From NCBI RefSeq assembly GCF_947568905.1, contig NC_079168.1:26536001-26600000 (forward strand): a stretch of DNA of 64,000 nt, read 5' to 3'. The translations under genes were made by a program, and so were the position numbers. The stretch is from Ostrea edulis (Eukaryota). Shown piece after piece: positions 60,901 through 64,000 of the stretch (position 1 is the stretch's first letter; the number at the start of each line of letters is the position of its first letter). The notes under the pieces are model-generated. The model ran no database searches, had not been told where the DNA came from, and worked only from the letters and a program-made list of their open reading frames with translations.

Positions 60901-61642
60901 ATATTATTATATTATTATAGGACACAATATAAGATACTTACTTATACTTACAAAGCCTTACATGATGAGTGCCCAACTTATATCAAACAATTACTGGAGG
61001 TATATAAGCCTACCCGAAATCTTACGTCTATAAAACAATCAGTCACTTTAGTTATTCCAGAAAGTCGAACCGTAACATACGGAGATCGGTGTTTCAGAAC
61101 AATAGCTCCAAAATTGTGGAATGCCCTTCCAGAACATGTAAGGGACTGTAGAACACTGTGAGCATTCAAGAAGTCACTGGAAACACATTTTTTCCATCAA
61201 GTTTTCCAGGACTAGTTTCTATCATTTCAGTCATTCGTGTAGGTTAGATTCTGTGAAAAACTGTGAAAACTAAAGACTGTGTGTCTTAGCTTTCGAGTAC
61301 CATTTTGTGATGTTTTATTTAAAAAAAAAAGAAAAAAAGGGGGGGGGGGATTGTATGTTTTAATGTATTATACCTGAGACATTATATGGTGTGTATGCGT
61401 GTGTGTATTTCATTATTATTTTAATACGCCCTGAAACTGATGTTTATTCTTATCTAGCATATTTATGGTATCTTGTGTTTTCATGTTTTATATGTACAAT
61501 GAGGATAGGTACAGCTTTTAATGTTTTATTTATTTTCTATGTATTATGTGTATAACATTCCCTTGTAAGGTATATATGCATTGTAAAGCATCTGTGAGCG
61601 TACATAGTGTATGAAAAGGGTGCTATATAAATATGGTATTAT
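60901..61642 (+). mobile_element. 5'-truncated L2/CR1-type LINE 3' fragment
   Basis: QYKILTYTYKALH...YGDRCF...APKLWNALP is a typical post-RT C-terminus. The 3' end reads GTGCTATATAAAT...(TAT)n. TATTT lies on both sides. Confidence 0.75.
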
Positions 61643-62281
61643 TATTTAGAAATGAATATCTGGAACTGTTACATGAAAAAAAAAATAAAAAAAAAAAATG
61701 AAAGAATGGAATAGTTTTAAAGAAGTGAATAAATGGAACTGTTAACAAATGAATGTTTTGGAACTGTTAGAAATAAATGTTTTGAACAATTAAGAAATAA
61801 ATGTTTTGAACTGGTTTCAAAAGAATGTTTGGTTTGGAACTGTTAAGAAATAAAGGTTTGGAACTTTTAACAACCAGATGTTGGAACTATTAACAAATGG
61901 ATGTCTGATACGGTGTAATATAATGTTTATATTCGATGTATAAATATACATAGACTGTGTATTGCATCCGGATTTCCACAGAATGTGGACAATTGTTTCC
62001 TAATCATTTATATATCCGGGGGACGCATTTCAATTTAAGGACGTTTCACACTGACTGAAGTTAACCCCGATTAATGACATGGATAATCCGGATTAACTTT
62101 ATAATGTGAACCGGTCCTTAAGGAGGCTTGATACAAGCAAGAGTACCGGAAACGTACGTAATGCACCCGTGGAAAGTGTCTTAAGTCATTATTTGTAGAA
62201 CTTTAATTGCTTAAGGTGGTATCAATCATCAGCAGGCTGTATAACATTCTTTGCATCGTATGAATAATTAAAGCTTACACC

Positions 62282-62963
62282 ACCTTCACACTCACGGATT
62301 TTTCTTACGAGTCCTTACGGATCTCCGTCTCGTCAGTAGTCAATCGCAAGCATTCGTAAATCATTCGTCGGTATCCGTTAATAACTCGTCACAACTCGCA
62401 TACACTCGTAAGGATCTGTGAAAGTAGGGGCAAATGTTTTGACACGTCAAAAAAATTTGACGATTGTCCACGGATTTCATTTTCCGTAAATAACTTGTAA
62501 CAATCCGTAAGTATCGTAAACTGATCGCAAGAACACGTAAACTGCTCGTAAGAATCCGTAAAACACTCGTAGAAAGTTTTTTAAACGAATTTTTGCGGTT
62601 AGTTTACGATATGTTACGGATAGTTTACGAGTTGTTTACGCATTATTACGAATGCCTAAGTTTATATTTATGATTTCAATCACGTCGGGTTACAATCACT
62701 TTACGGATTGTTCAAAGTCATTACGAGCGCTTTACCTATAGACACGATTACTTTACGAGTACATACTTAATCTTTACGATTAATACCACCTTCATACTCA
62801 CGGATTTTTCTTACGAGTCCTTACGGATCTCCGACTCGTAGTCAATCGCAAGCATTCGTAAATCACTCGTCGGTATCCGTGTCTAAATCGTAACAATCCG
62901 TGTACTTTTACGGATTTGTGGAATAGGTAAGGATCCGTAAGAAAAATCCGTGAATGTGAAGGT
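62282..62963. mobile_element. MITE with ~28-bp TIRs and an internal second copy of the left end
   Basis: ACCTTCACACTCACGGATTTTTCTTACG at 62282 and again at 62788; the inverted copy ends at 62963. Confidence 0.7.
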
Positions 62964-64000
62964 ACCATAAATCAAAAACTGTGGTAGATTGTAGATAGAC
63001 AAAGCAAGAGTTCTGTGGGCAAAATATTTCCTCAAATGGTCAAGTTCAACAACCTGTAAATATCTTAAACATAAAAGAAAATTAAATATTGCTGAGAATC
63101 AAAATCCTCTTGAAAACTGTTGGAGGAGTTAGACGGACTAATCTTAATTTAATATTTCCTCAACGTTTAACAACCTGTAATTTTCTTTAAAAGGTATGAA
63201 GGAAATCAAAATCTGTACCACATGCTTACCTTCAATACCCACTTATATAAATTTTCTATGGTGTTCAAAAGTTTAAATATATTACCTCTCCCTATACAAC
63301 TCTTTGATTTAAAAAAAATCCCACTTTTGAACTTAATTGAGAAATCATGGGAATAAATCACATTCCGTACGGTAAATTGTATGCATTTTACTTTTAAAAA
63401 CATACGTTTTCATTTTCATCATTTTTAACAAGTGTTGTTAACAAACCTATTACTTTCAAAACCGAACTTATGACACAAAGATGTATCAGATTTGTGTTTC
63501 TAGTATATATCTCAATTCAGTTTCCTAAATACCAGGTTGATATCAGATATCACATTTATTAAAATCTAACAATAAAAAAGACTTTCAAATTTCAATCATA
63601 GAGGAAAATGTCTATTTTTTTTTTTTTTTTTTTAATTTTTATAAAAAGACTTCCTTGGATGGGAATCTACATGTAGTTCCCACTTTTTGTGAAAAGATTC
63701 AATTGAAATGAAACCAGTTGTTTTTATTTTCTCTATGTTATACACTTTCATGTATTCATGCATTAGATATGATATGGGGGTTTCTTATTGAATAATTCAT
63801 ATTTCTTTCCTTTTGTTCTTTTACTAAAACCCAAGTGATCTTTTAAGTTTTAATGTGAATTGACCATTTCCCTAGCCTGGGGTGGGAGAAATTTTTATAC
63901 ATGTATCATCATCGGTCGCCAAGTTAATAAGCTTAATTATATATATATATCCAAAACCGACAATGGTATGTAATCCTTCTAATAAAACAAATCGCGGTAC

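Overview
AT-rich, intron-rich animal genomic DNA with two N gaps. The repeat content (Helentron/HINE-like and Penelope-like fragments) suggests a bivalve, probably an oyster; this is inference, not a database match. I assembled four spliced host genes by hand, and exon phases close in all four. Two are orphan secreted low-complexity proteins with signal peptide plus R-x-K-R site (4553-7365 +, 12165-13106 +). The others are a stum/SPEC3-family membrane protein (28625-14104 -) and an ELOVL fatty-acid elongase (40456-34636 -). Mobile DNA fills much of the rest. An apparently intact 7.1-kb two-gene DNA transposon (THAP-DDE transposase plus SAP-SWIM-YqaJ nuclease) sits in stum intron 2, with TTAAAGG...CCTTTAA ends. 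A CR1/L2-type LINE carries a 2A-like motif and is split by a 4-kb hairpin-ended insert. A truncated Ngaro/DIRS retroelement with an SGNH ORF lies between 850-bp direct repeats. MITEs and several minisatellites complete the picture; one minisatellite is built from an ELOVL splice donor. No rRNA, tRNA or CRISPR array is supported. All domain calls come from motif recognition by eye.
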